Shown piece by piece: positions 27,159 through 35,218 of a stretch of DNA of 64,000 bases; position 1 is the stretch's first letter; each line of letters starts with the position of its first letter. The DNA is taken from assembly GCA_030832605.1 (NCBI GenBank), contig JAURIU010000001.1, positions 2,144-66,143 of the forward strand, in the 5' to 3' direction. The position numbers and the translations under genes were made by a program. Source of the DNA: Rhodoluna sp. Lineage in GTDB: Bacteria > Actinomycetota > Actinomycetes > Actinomycetales > Microbacteriaceae. The notes below the pieces were generated by a model. The model did no database searches and was not told where the DNA came from. It saw only the letters and a list, made by a program, of their open reading frames with translations.

Positions 27159-29843
27159 TTACTTCTTCTTTCGGGTGGTTCCGCGCTTTACAGTGCGGGC
27201 CGGAGCTGCCTTTTTCGAGCGAGATGTTTTGGCCGGGGCCTGACCAGGCTCTAGACCTAGTTTTTCACGGCGAATGGCCAGAAGCTCGAACGCGCGCTCT
27301 GCCGTCATGTCTTCGATGTTGTCGTCGCTAGGCACAGTGGCGTTCACGAAGGTGTCGGTGACATAAGGGCCGAACTGGCCGGTCTTGATGGTTACCGCAC
27401 CCTTGCTCTCAGGGTCTTCACCAAACTCGCGAAGCGGCGTGGCTGCTGTACGGCGAGCGCCGTACTTCGGCAGGGCATAGATTGCCAGCGCTTGCTCGAG
27501 CGTGATTGAGAAAATCTCGTCTTCGCTGGTGAGTGAGCGAGAGTCGGTGCCCTTCTTGAGGTACGGGCCGAACTTTCCGTTCTGCGCCGTCACCTGGTTC
27601 TCGGTCTCAGGGTCGATTCCAACCACGCGCGGTAGCGAAAGCAGCATGAGCGCAGTGTCGAGGTCAATGTTCAGTGGGTCCATGCTCTTGAACAGCGATG
27701 CGGTCTTAGGCTTGGCGGCCTTTTCATCGTTGATCATCACGTATGGGCCGAAGCGACCGTCTTTGAACAGAATCTCGTTGCCAGAGGCCGGGTCGAGGCC
27801 TAGCACTCGGTCAACTGCCACGGGAGCATCCACTAGTTCTTGCGCCTTGGCCGGGGTCAGCTCATCTGGTGCGAGACCCTCTGGGATGTTCACGATGCGT
27901 CGCCCGTTTTCATCGGCTCCAGGCGTGCTCGGGTCGGCGTAAATCTCGAGATATGGGCCATATTGACCGGTGCGCAGGGTGATTTCGTCTGAAATCGCGA
28001 TCGAGTTGATGGCTTTCGGGTCTTGATCGAGGATGTGCGTTGCGGTGTGCAGCAGACCGTCGATGTCGTCTCCACCGAAGTAGAAGTGCTTGAGCCACTC
28101 GAGGTAGTTCAGCTCGCCATCGGCGATGCGGTCTAGGTCTTCTTCCATTGCCGCGGTGAATTCGTAGTCGATCAGCTTGCCGAAGTTTTCTTCGAGAAAG
28201 CGGGTGACGGTGAAGGCGATCCACTCTGGAACAAGCGCCTGGCCACGCTTTGTTACATAGCCCTTATTCAAAATCGTCGACATGATGTTGGCGTAGGTCG
28301 ATGGGCGGCCGATGCCGTCTTCTTCGAGAGCCTTCACCAAGCTCGCCTCGGTGTAACGCGGCGGTGGGTTGGTGATGTGGTCTTTGGCCACAACGTCTGA
28401 AATGCCGAGCGCCTGGCCAACGGTTAGGTTTGGCAGCTTCGACTCGCGCTCTTCGTTGTCGTTTTCGTTGCGTGACTCGTCGTGGCCTTCTTCATAGGCG
28501 GCCAAGAAACCTCTGAATGTTACGACTGTGCCGGATGCGGTGAACTCAAGGGCCTTGCCTGCAACGGGTGTCACGGCGATTCGTGCGGTGGTGGTCGAAA
28601 CCTTGGCGTCTGCCATCTGCGATGCCACGGTGCGCTTCCAGATCAGTTCATAAAGGTCGAGTGCGCGGCCCGATAGTTGCGACGAAACCTCGGCAGGAGT
28701 TTTAAACACTTCGCCAGCTGGGCGAATGGCTTCGTGAGCCTCTTGGGCGTTCTTTGACTTACCGATGTAGAGGCGCGGCTTGTCGGCCACTAGGTCTTGG
28801 CCGAACATTGATGCAGCCTGGCTGCGAGCGGCGTTGATGGCCTGCTGCGATAGCGAAGGCGAGTCGGTTCGCATGTAGGTTATGAAACCTTCTTGGTACA
28901 GCCCCTGAGCGGTGTCCATGGTCTGCTTTGCCGACATGCGCAACTTGCGAGACGCCTCTTGCTGAAGCGTGGATGTCGTGAACGGAGCAGCCGGGCGTCT
29001 GGTACTTGGCTTTGCCTCGACCGAGGTAACGCTTACCTTTACCGACGGGTCGGTGGCACCGCTGGCCAAAGCTTTCGCGGTGGCTTCATCGAGCAACAGA
29101 ACATCGGCGGTCATACGACCGTTGTCATCGAATGACTGGCCGGTTGCGATGCGCTTGCCATCAACGCTTAATAGCTTGGCTTCGAACGATGGCTCATTGC
29201 CGGTCGGGCTAAATGTCGCGGCGACGTCGTAGTAAGAGGCTGACACGAAAGCCATGCGCTCACGCTCACGCTCGACTACAAGGCGAACCGCTGGTGACTG
29301 AACGCGACCGGCGCTGAGGCCACGGTTGATCTTGCGCCAAAGCACCGGCGAAATCTCGTAACCGAACAACCGGTCAACGATTCGACGCGTCTCTTGGGCC
29401 TGAACTAGGTCGTTGTCGAGTTCGCGGGTGTGGTCGAGGGCTGCGGTGATTGCCTCTTTGGTGATTTCGTGAAACACCATGCGCTTGACCGGAACTTTTG
29501 GCTTCAAAACTTGAAGCAGGTGCCAGGCGATGGCTTCACCCTCGCGGTCTTCATCGGTTGCGAGATAGAGCTCATCTGCGCTGGTTAGGGCTTTTTTAAG
29601 CTCGGATACTGTCTTGCTCTTACCCGCCGAAATGGCGTAGTACGGCTCGAAGTTGTTTTCAATGTTGATGGCAAATTTGCCGAACGGACCCTTTTTTAGG
29701 TCGGCCGGAAGGTCGCGTGGCTCAACCAGCTCACGAATGTGACCCACCGAAGCGAGCACTGTGAATTCGTTACCTAGGTACTTTGAGATTGTCTTCGCCT
29801 TGGCAGGCGACTCAACGATGACTAGCTTCTGGCTGGGGGCCAA
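27159..29843 (-). CDS. topA: DNA topoisomerase I
   Basis: IVESPAKAKTI, ATDEDREGE, SAGRVQS, ITYMRTDS catalytic Tyr, actinobacterial C-terminal repeats (G.FGPY) and basic tail. Confidence 0.97.
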   Translation of the reverse strand: MAPSQKLVIVESPAKAKTISKYLGNEFTVLASVGHIRELVEPRDLPADLKKGPFGKFAINIENNFEPYYAISAGKSKTVSELKKALTSADELYLATDEDREGEAIAWHLLQVLKPKVPVKRMVFHEITKEAITAALDHTRELDNDLVQAQETRRIVDRLFGYEISPVLWRKINRGLSAGRVQSPAVRLVVERERERMAFVSASYYDVAATFSPTGNEPSFEAKLLSVDGKRIATGQSFDDNGRMTADVLLLDEATAKALASGATDPSVKVSVTSVEAKPSTRRPAAPFTTSTLQQEASRKLRMSAKQTMDTAQGLYQEGFITYMRTDSPSLSQQAINAARSQAASMFGQDLVADKPRLYIGKSKNAQEAHEAIRPAGEVFKTPAEVSSQLSGRALDLYELIWKRTVASQMADAKVSTTTARIAVTPVAGKALEFTASGTVVTFRGFLAAYEEGHDESRNENDNEERESKLPNLTVGQALGISDVVAKDHITNPPPRYTEASLVKALEEDGIGRPSTYANIMSTILNKGYVTKRGQALVPEWIAFTVTRFLEENFGKLIDYEFTAAMEEDLDRIADGELNYLEWLKHFYFGGDDIDGLLHTATHILDQDPKAINSIAISDEITLRTGQYGPYLEIYADPSTPGADENGRRIVNIPEGLAPDELTPAKAQELVDAPVAVDRVLGLDPASGNEILFKDGRFGPYVMINDEKAAKPKTASLFKSMDPLNIDLDTALMLLSLPRVVGIDPETENQVTAQNGKFGPYLKKGTDSRSLTSEDEIFSITLEQALAIYALPKYGARRTAATPLREFGEDPESKGAVTIKTGQFGPYVTDTFVNATVPSDDNIEDMTAERAFELLAIRREKLGLEPGQAPAKTSRSKKAAPARTVKRGTTRKKK

Positions 29844-29937
29844 TTACTCTCCTGACGTTTTGTGCTTCACGATTTTGTCGCTGTAGCACTTGCGAAATGA
29901 ACCATACCAATAGAAACGCGGCAGCGGGAAATCCATT

Positions 29938-29976
29938 AGGAAAGGGTCGAACACTTTCGTGCTCAACCCTATTCCT
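29938..29976 (-). terminator. probable terminator hairpin after secreted repeat protein
   Basis: Minus strand AGGAATAGGGTTGAGCAC-GAAA-GTGTTCGACCCTTTCCT stem with G-U pairs and GAAA loop. Confidence 0.55.
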
Positions 29977-29989
29977 GAAGATCGAAGGA

Positions 29990-31738
29990 CTACTTCTCGA
30001 GAGCGGTAGCTAGGTCGACCGTTGCACCACCAGTTCTAATGTCACCGGTGACCAAGAAAAACACCACAATCTTGCCTTCCGTTTTGGCCGACAAGGTAAC
30101 CGAGTTGACTACCGGTTGGTAGACAACTGACTCTTCGTCGATGGTCACGGTTAGTTCGTAAGACGAGATGTCTAGCGTCTTTGAAGTGGCACCGTAGTTG
30201 TTGCAGCGTAGGAAAACCGATGTCTTATTGGTAGAAGCCGAATAGGTCCATTCCTGTGGGAAATAGGCATAGCATCCCTGCGTATAGTCGGTTTCAATCG
30301 AGTTGTTCAGCTGCACCGGCACCGAGGTAACGAAGGTTCCCTTGAGGCTAAGTTGCTTACCGATTCTCAAATCGCCTGCGACAGGTTCAAGGTTCAGGAT
30401 TCGAATGTTGGTCATGCCTGGACCGCCACACTGACACGGGCCGGCTACTGAGCTGAGCCCGGTTTTACCGTTGAAAGTCAAGTTTGAGCCCAGAAGATCC
30501 CCTTGGAAATCTGCCGGCGCATTGATCACTAGGCCAACGGTGGTTTTCTTCGTGGTCGCGTTATAGCTGAACCATGCGTTTCCGACTGAGAAACCTTCAG
30601 GCAAGACAATTCCCGTTTTTGACAGAGTGCTCGCCTTGACGATTTTCAGGCTGCCGTTGATTGTGACAGCATTGCCAACTCGCCAGTCTCCTGACGGATT
30701 CACTCGATTGTCATACGCTCCTGCGAGGCAGTAGGTTTCACCAGCCGGAATGGTGTCGACAGAAGAACCAGAGTAGGCAACTGTCTTTCGACCCTTGGAG
30801 CTAAAGGTGAACTTGGTCTCGACTGAAATTGCCTTTTTGCTGATGTTCTTTACTTTTTGGCAAAGATAACTTGCGTTGCTGTAACTAGGCATCGAGTCAC
30901 TTGAGGCTGGGTAGTAGTACCAGTCGCCCGGAGAAGTTGTCACCAACTGCAATCCGGCCGGCACTTTGATTGCAGCTCGCGTGACTTTTGCAACGGTAAC
31001 TTTTGAAATTGTTGCGCTCACGTCTGCGCCTTCGTAACCGACAGAAACGTCTTCGTCCAGCGAGCCGAAGTTCATGTACTCCGAAGCCCCTGGCGCGACT
31101 ATCAAGGTGAAGCTCTTTGAACCGAGGGAGCGCCCCTCGAACTTGAACTTAGAAATCTTCACAGACACAAGTTTTTTAGTTTTGTTTTCAACAGAAACCG
31201 CAAACTGGGAACCGTTTCCCGGGTTGTAATAGACGCTCATCGGGTTCTCAGTCGATAGCGAGAGACCGTGGGTCTTAAGTTGGTTTTCGAATGTTTTCGA
31301 GAATGTCGTGTTGGTAACCGACTTGCCGCTGAGTTTGACCGAACCATATAGAAGTGGATTACCTAGTTCTGGAATTGACTCCCAGTTTGCATCGACCGTG
31401 CAAATCATGAACTGGTTTTCCCAGCTGTAATAGGTGGACATGGGGATGTCAAAGGAAACCTCCGAAGGCCCATCGCCTACCCTGGTGCCGCTGAAAACGA
31501 GGTTTTTGAACTTGTATTGTGAATCGTCAGGCCCAGTTGTCGTAATGCGAAAACAAATCTGATCCTCCATGAGCAGCATCTCATCGAATGAGAGTTCTGG
31601 AGTTGATGTTAGGTCGAAACTCTGCATGTTGGGAATGACCTGGTCCGCTGATGCAGGTAGTGGCAGGCCAAGAGAAAGAGCTGCCACGGCCATAAACCCG
31701 ATGATTTTCTTTACAAGACTTGGAAGAAACTTACTCAT
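29990..31738 (-). CDS. secreted/surface protein with tandem beta-rich repeats, function unknown
   Basis: Signal peptide ending PASA-D; recurring GD(W/L/I)RxG and W(x)Y motifs about every 110 aa; Ser/Thr/Lys-rich. Confidence 0.75.
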   Translation of the reverse strand: MSKFLPSLVKKIIGFMAVAALSLGLPLPASADQVIPNMQSFDLTSTPELSFDEMLLMEDQICFRITTTGPDDSQYKFKNLVFSGTRVGDGPSEVSFDIPMSTYYSWENQFMICTVDANWESIPELGNPLLYGSVKLSGKSVTNTTFSKTFENQLKTHGLSLSTENPMSVYYNPGNGSQFAVSVENKTKKLVSVKISKFKFEGRSLGSKSFTLIVAPGASEYMNFGSLDEDVSVGYEGADVSATISKVTVAKVTRAAIKVPAGLQLVTTSPGDWYYYPASSDSMPSYSNASYLCQKVKNISKKAISVETKFTFSSKGRKTVAYSGSSVDTIPAGETYCLAGAYDNRVNPSGDWRVGNAVTINGSLKIVKASTLSKTGIVLPEGFSVGNAWFSYNATTKKTTVGLVINAPADFQGDLLGSNLTFNGKTGLSSVAGPCQCGGPGMTNIRILNLEPVAGDLRIGKQLSLKGTFVTSVPVQLNNSIETDYTQGCYAYFPQEWTYSASTNKTSVFLRCNNYGATSKTLDISSYELTVTIDEESVVYQPVVNSVTLSAKTEGKIVVFFLVTGDIRTGGATVDLATALEK

Positions 31739-31830
31739 TTGGAACCCCACTCAGTTAGGCGATTTCGACTAGTGCAAATCTAACCTCGTTTGTGTGCCGA
31801 ATAAGAACCATATCAGGTGAATTTTGGAGG

Positions 31831-32193
31831 TCAACTTGAAGCTACTGCGATTGAAGATTGAGCGTCCGCCAAGGCAATAGAACGAGACAACTCCACCTCG
31901 ACTACAAATTCGTTGATTGTGCAAGACTCCAGCACAGCGGCATTGACGCGAGCAACCTGGCGGGCCACGTCACACGGATGCCCCGTGCGAAAGCCGCTAA
32001 GCACGTCGACAGCCGATAGTGCTGAAAGCTCTGCAGCAGTTTCGAGACTCTCGGCCCCGAGTGCTTGATTTGCGCTAACAATCAAAGGCGTGGCAGCCCC
32101 GACAACAAGCACTAATGTTGCCAAAGCCAGCATTGTTCCCGAGCCCTCTTCGCTTCGAGCTGTTTCGGCTAGTAATCGCCGACCCACACGCAC
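31831..32193 (-). CDS. Rv3654c-like TadE/TadG-type pseudopilin
   Basis: EEGSGT prepilin-type site then TM; AAELSALSAVD, PC..A..VA..N..L..C motif. Confidence 0.78.
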   Translation of the reverse strand: MRVGRRLLAETARSEEGSGTMLALATLVLVVGAATPLIVSANQALGAESLETAAELSALSAVDVLSGFRTGHPCDVARQVARVNAAVLESCTINEFVVEVELSRSIALADAQSSIAVASS

Positions 32194-32504
32194 CTCTTCA
32201 GATTCCTGGCCACGCCGACTTTTGCGACGGCCGTGGCACACAAGCTCGAGCCTTCTATATAAGTTGTCACTCGGTAGCCGCTCAGCTGTTTTTTAGCCCA
32301 TTCATCAAGCAGCGCTTGGTTCTCTCCTCGCGAAGCGGCCACAACGTAGTCGCTGAGTGCACGGATGTCGCCTGCCCCGGCATTGGCAATCTTGAACCCT
32401 GCCAACAGAACAGCAACCACGGCCAGGACTGCAGGCAGGGCAACGGCAAATTCCGCGCTTACGGCCCCGCGCTCACCGAGGGAAAGTTGGTGATATCTGT
32501 TGGT
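32169..32504 (-). CDS. TadE-like minor pilin (Rv3655c-like); start codon not identifiable
   Basis: GERGAVSAEFAVALPAV prepilin motif (G/xxxxE) and C-terminal Cys pair; no in-frame ATG/GTG/TTG near the motif. Confidence 0.65.
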   Translation of the reverse strand, partial: TNRYHQLSLGERGAVSAEFAVALPAVLAVVAVLLAGFKIANAGAGDIRALSDYVVAASRGENQALLDEWAKKQLSGYRVTTYIEGSSLCATAVAKVGVARNLKRCVWVGDY

Positions 32505-32989
32505 TAGTTTTTGACTAAGCGAAAGAGCATGAATGGGTATTTGTGCTCTTTGCCGTTTGAGGCGGCAACGGCAGCCAAAATCATCATGATCATTAGCAGG
32601 ATGCCCAGAACCGCAACCAGCGGAACCACGAGTAGCGCCCCAAAACCTAGGGTGAAGACGGTGAAAAGAGTCAGCACGGCTGCCAGAGGCAACGAAATGA
32701 TGAGCCACTGAAGCTGAAAGTTCAAAGATTCGTTGGCGTGACGTTTGAGGAACTCGTCGTTCGGTCGAATCTGTTTGATGATGAGTGGGGGCAACCAGGT
32801 CAGTAAGGCCGGAACGATTGCGAAACTTCCAACCAGCCCCACTACTAGCGGGCCGAGGTGGGTCCACATTGCAAGAGTGTTCGAGCTTGCACCCGCGGTT
32901 GGTGTTGCCGAGTATCCCTGCGGGGTTCCGCAGTTTGGGCAGCTTGCTGCCTGCCCGTAATCGTTGCCGCAACTCGCGCAAAAAGCCAT
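32504..32989 (-). CDS. DUF4870-type membrane protein with N-terminal zinc ribbon
   Basis: MAFCASCG..CPNCG; AMWTHL, FLKRHANESLNFQL, AASNGKEHKYP motifs. Confidence 0.82.
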   Translation of the reverse strand: MAFCASCGNDYGQAASCPNCGTPQGYSATPTAGASSNTLAMWTHLGPLVVGLVGSFAIVPALLTWLPPLIIKQIRPNDEFLKRHANESLNFQLQWLIISLPLAAVLTLFTVFTLGFGALLVVPLVAVLGILLMIMMILAAVAASNGKEHKYPFMLFRLVKN

Positions 32990-33034
32990 GGTGATCCTTT
33001 TCAAAAATGTGTGTGCCTAACACTCCAAAGATAC

Positions 33035-33214
33035 CTAGCCTTGCGGGGTCAATGCCGTTTTTATTAGCCCCAGAAGAATCTCTTTTACCTCTGGGCTTCG
33101 CATGATCACCACCAGTAATCCGGCGAATGCAACCGCCGCCATCGTTGCAATCGCATACTCCGCGGTGGCTGCGCCTTCTTCACACATGAGCTGGATTTTT
33201 GGGATTCTCGACAT
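33035..33214 (-). CDS. Flp-type major pilin (DUF4244 family), 59 aa, below ORF-track cutoff
   Basis: Manual translation MSRIPKIQLMCEEG/AATAEYAIATMAAVAFAGLLVVIMRSPEVKEILLGLIKTALTPQG with Flp G/xxxxEY motif. Confidence 0.9.
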   Translation of the reverse strand: MSRIPKIQLMCEEGAATAEYAIATMAAVAFAGLLVVIMRSPEVKEILLGLIKTALTPQG

Positions 33215-33245
33215 GCTTTCTTTTCTTCTTTCTTTGATCGGGGGT

Positions 33246-33998
33246 TCAGAATGCTTCGGCAGGTGAGGTCAGAGAAATAAATAGTGGAATCACGACGAGG
33301 CACACCAGGGCAGGCAGAACTGCAGCGCCGAGTGGAATGGTCAAGCGAACCGAGAGTTGCCGAAGGGTGTGTTTGGCGCGGGTTGCGTGTTGTTCACGTA
33401 TTGCGCGCGCTCGTGCATCCAAGAGGTCAACCAGTGGGGCACCGGTCGCTCTTGCCGTTGCCAGTATTCCACCGAGGGTGAGGCCCGTCTCGTCAACCGA
33501 CTGGCGCGCAACTGAAAGCGACTGGCCAGATTTCAAAAGCGCGATGAATAGGTTTAGGCCGGCCGCGGGATCGTCAGAACTAGGTGTGGCCGCTCGGACC
33601 ATACGGTTTGACCAACGGTTAGCGACAACCAGCAACACAACCCCGGCTATCACCGAAAGCTGTGCCAGAAGATTGCCCAGCAAAGCACCGAGGATGTCGA
33701 AGCCAAGGCCCTGCGCAAGCGCCACCACCCCCACCGGGAGCCAGGTGACCAACTTGACGGTGGCCTGCGGGCCAGCGAGTTCGGCAAGCAACTCTTGCGC
33801 CGTATTCGCTGCCTGCGCTCTGGCCGATTGAAGCGACCTAAGGGCTTCGAGCATCGGTGCTCCAGAGCTTCGGCAAACGGCTAAGAGCTTGGTCACCTCT
33901 GCATCGGTATCAATTGATGCCAGCGCTCGTGGATCTAAACGTTGCCCAGATTCAAGCTGCATGATGATTCGTTCGAGCTGTGAGGTTGAGTCAGCCAA
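33246..33998 (-). CDS. type II secretion system F family protein (fused TadB/TadC-like platform)
   Basis: Two T2SSF-like halves: SGAPML...LAGPQATVKLVTWLP and TGAPLV...LSVRLTIPLGAAVLPA. Confidence 0.8.
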   Translation of the reverse strand: MADSTSQLERIIMQLESGQRLDPRALASIDTDAEVTKLLAVCRSSGAPMLEALRSLQSARAQAANTAQELLAELAGPQATVKLVTWLPVGVVALAQGLGFDILGALLGNLLAQLSVIAGVVLLVVANRWSNRMVRAATPSSDDPAAGLNLFIALLKSGQSLSVARQSVDETGLTLGGILATARATGAPLVDLLDARARAIREQHATRAKHTLRQLSVRLTIPLGAAVLPALVCLVVIPLFISLTSPAEAF

Positions 33999-34902
33999 GT
34001 GGAATCACCTGCAAGCCAGATGCTGTTGCCCGAGGCACGCCAACTGCCTCGATTTTGTAACCGCCGATAGCCGAGACGAATACCACCAGCCCGAGCGCCG
34101 ACTCAGCGAGTCGGGCAATCACCGGCAACGGCAACCCCGCTCGAAGACCCAGTGCTTCGATTCGACTGGCTACATCTTCTAGCGAGTTGGCGTGAATCGT
34201 TGCGCCCGCACCCGAGTGGCCCGTGTTGAGAGCATCGAGCATGGCAACCAGTTCTACCGAACGAACTTCGCCGAGAGCGATGCGATCGGGACTCATGCGC
34301 AGTGCGTGAGACAGTAGCGAACTCAAACTCACGGCACCGACCCCCTCGGCGTTGGGCTCGCGAGAGAGTAAACCGACCGAGTTGGGTAAACCGAGGTTCA
34401 GCTCGGCGACGTCTTCGATTGTGATGATTCGTTCAGCTGGGTAACGTCTGAGCAATGCTCTGAGCAACGTGGTTTTGCCAGAGCCGGCTGAGCCCGCGAT
34501 AAGAACTGACTGCCGAGCATCCATGTGCTGTTTGATCTTGGTGAGCAAGTCGCCTGAGCGTTCATCGGTGAATAACTGGTCTGGTGATGATGCGCCCTCG
34601 ACCCCTGCGACTCGCCTGAAGGTGAGGTTGGTTTCAGAGCAAACGCCAAACGATAACACCGCACTTATTCGCCAACCACCCACGACAAAACTGGCGAAAG
34701 GTTCTTTGAAATTGAGATTTTGATTGGCCGACTCGGCTAGGTCGATGGCGAAATCTTGCAGTTCGCTTGCCTCTGAAAAAATCGACTCGGTCGAGAACCA
34801 CCGACCACCACTGCGCACCAAAATACTGCGCAGCCCGTTGAGCACAATGTCGGTGATCTGCGCGTCATTCATCAAGTTTCGAAGTGCCGGAGCGAGCTGC
34901 AT
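33991..34902 (-). CDS. tadA: TadA/CpaF pilus assembly ATPase
   Basis: ITDIVLNG, Walker A GSAGSGKTT, IEDVAEL, ALRMSPDRIALGEVR, NTGHSG..TIHAN. Confidence 0.88.
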   Translation of the reverse strand: MQLAPALRNLMNDAQITDIVLNGLRSILVRSGGRWFSTESIFSEASELQDFAIDLAESANQNLNFKEPFASFVVGGWRISAVLSFGVCSETNLTFRRVAGVEGASSPDQLFTDERSGDLLTKIKQHMDARQSVLIAGSAGSGKTTLLRALLRRYPAERIITIEDVAELNLGLPNSVGLLSREPNAEGVGAVSLSSLLSHALRMSPDRIALGEVRSVELVAMLDALNTGHSGAGATIHANSLEDVASRIEALGLRAGLPLPVIARLAESALGLVVFVSAIGGYKIEAVGVPRATASGLQVIPLG

Positions 34903-35010
34903 GCAACGAAATTGCCAGAGTTGTTGGGCAATCGAACCACAACCAAGAAAGTTGTGAGTAAGTCCGATAAGTGGCCAAACCAAAACTTTAGCGGGTACAG
35001 GCTCGAGGTT

Positions 35011-35105
35011 AAAAAAGGGGGCGGTAGCCCTTGGGGGAAGGACTACCGCCTGGCGGCACCGCATTGGGGGGGAACCGGTGCCGCGGGTCGAGCCTAAGCT
35101 CGACT
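35011..35105 (-). ncRNA. 6C RNA (actinobacterial C-rich-loop sRNA, B11 homologue)
   Basis: Minus strand: GCGGCACCG-GTTCCCCCCCAATG-CGGTGCCGC and GGCGGTAGTCCTT-CCCCC-AAGGGCTACCGCC then T-tract; -10 TATAGT at 35111-35116; upstream of tad locus as in mycobacteria. Confidence 0.85.
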
Positions 35106-35218
35106 CAATAACTATAAACCGCAACCGTTACCAATTTCATACATTTCAGGCGATTCTCAGCCAAAATCACAGCTTGCAAACCAGTTAGCCTTTTGTTGAG
35201 CAATAGAGAGAGACATGG

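Noticed and set aside
34903-35124. N-terminal extension of TadA in the ORF track
   Set aside because: Runs through the 6C RNA hairpins; not protein-like
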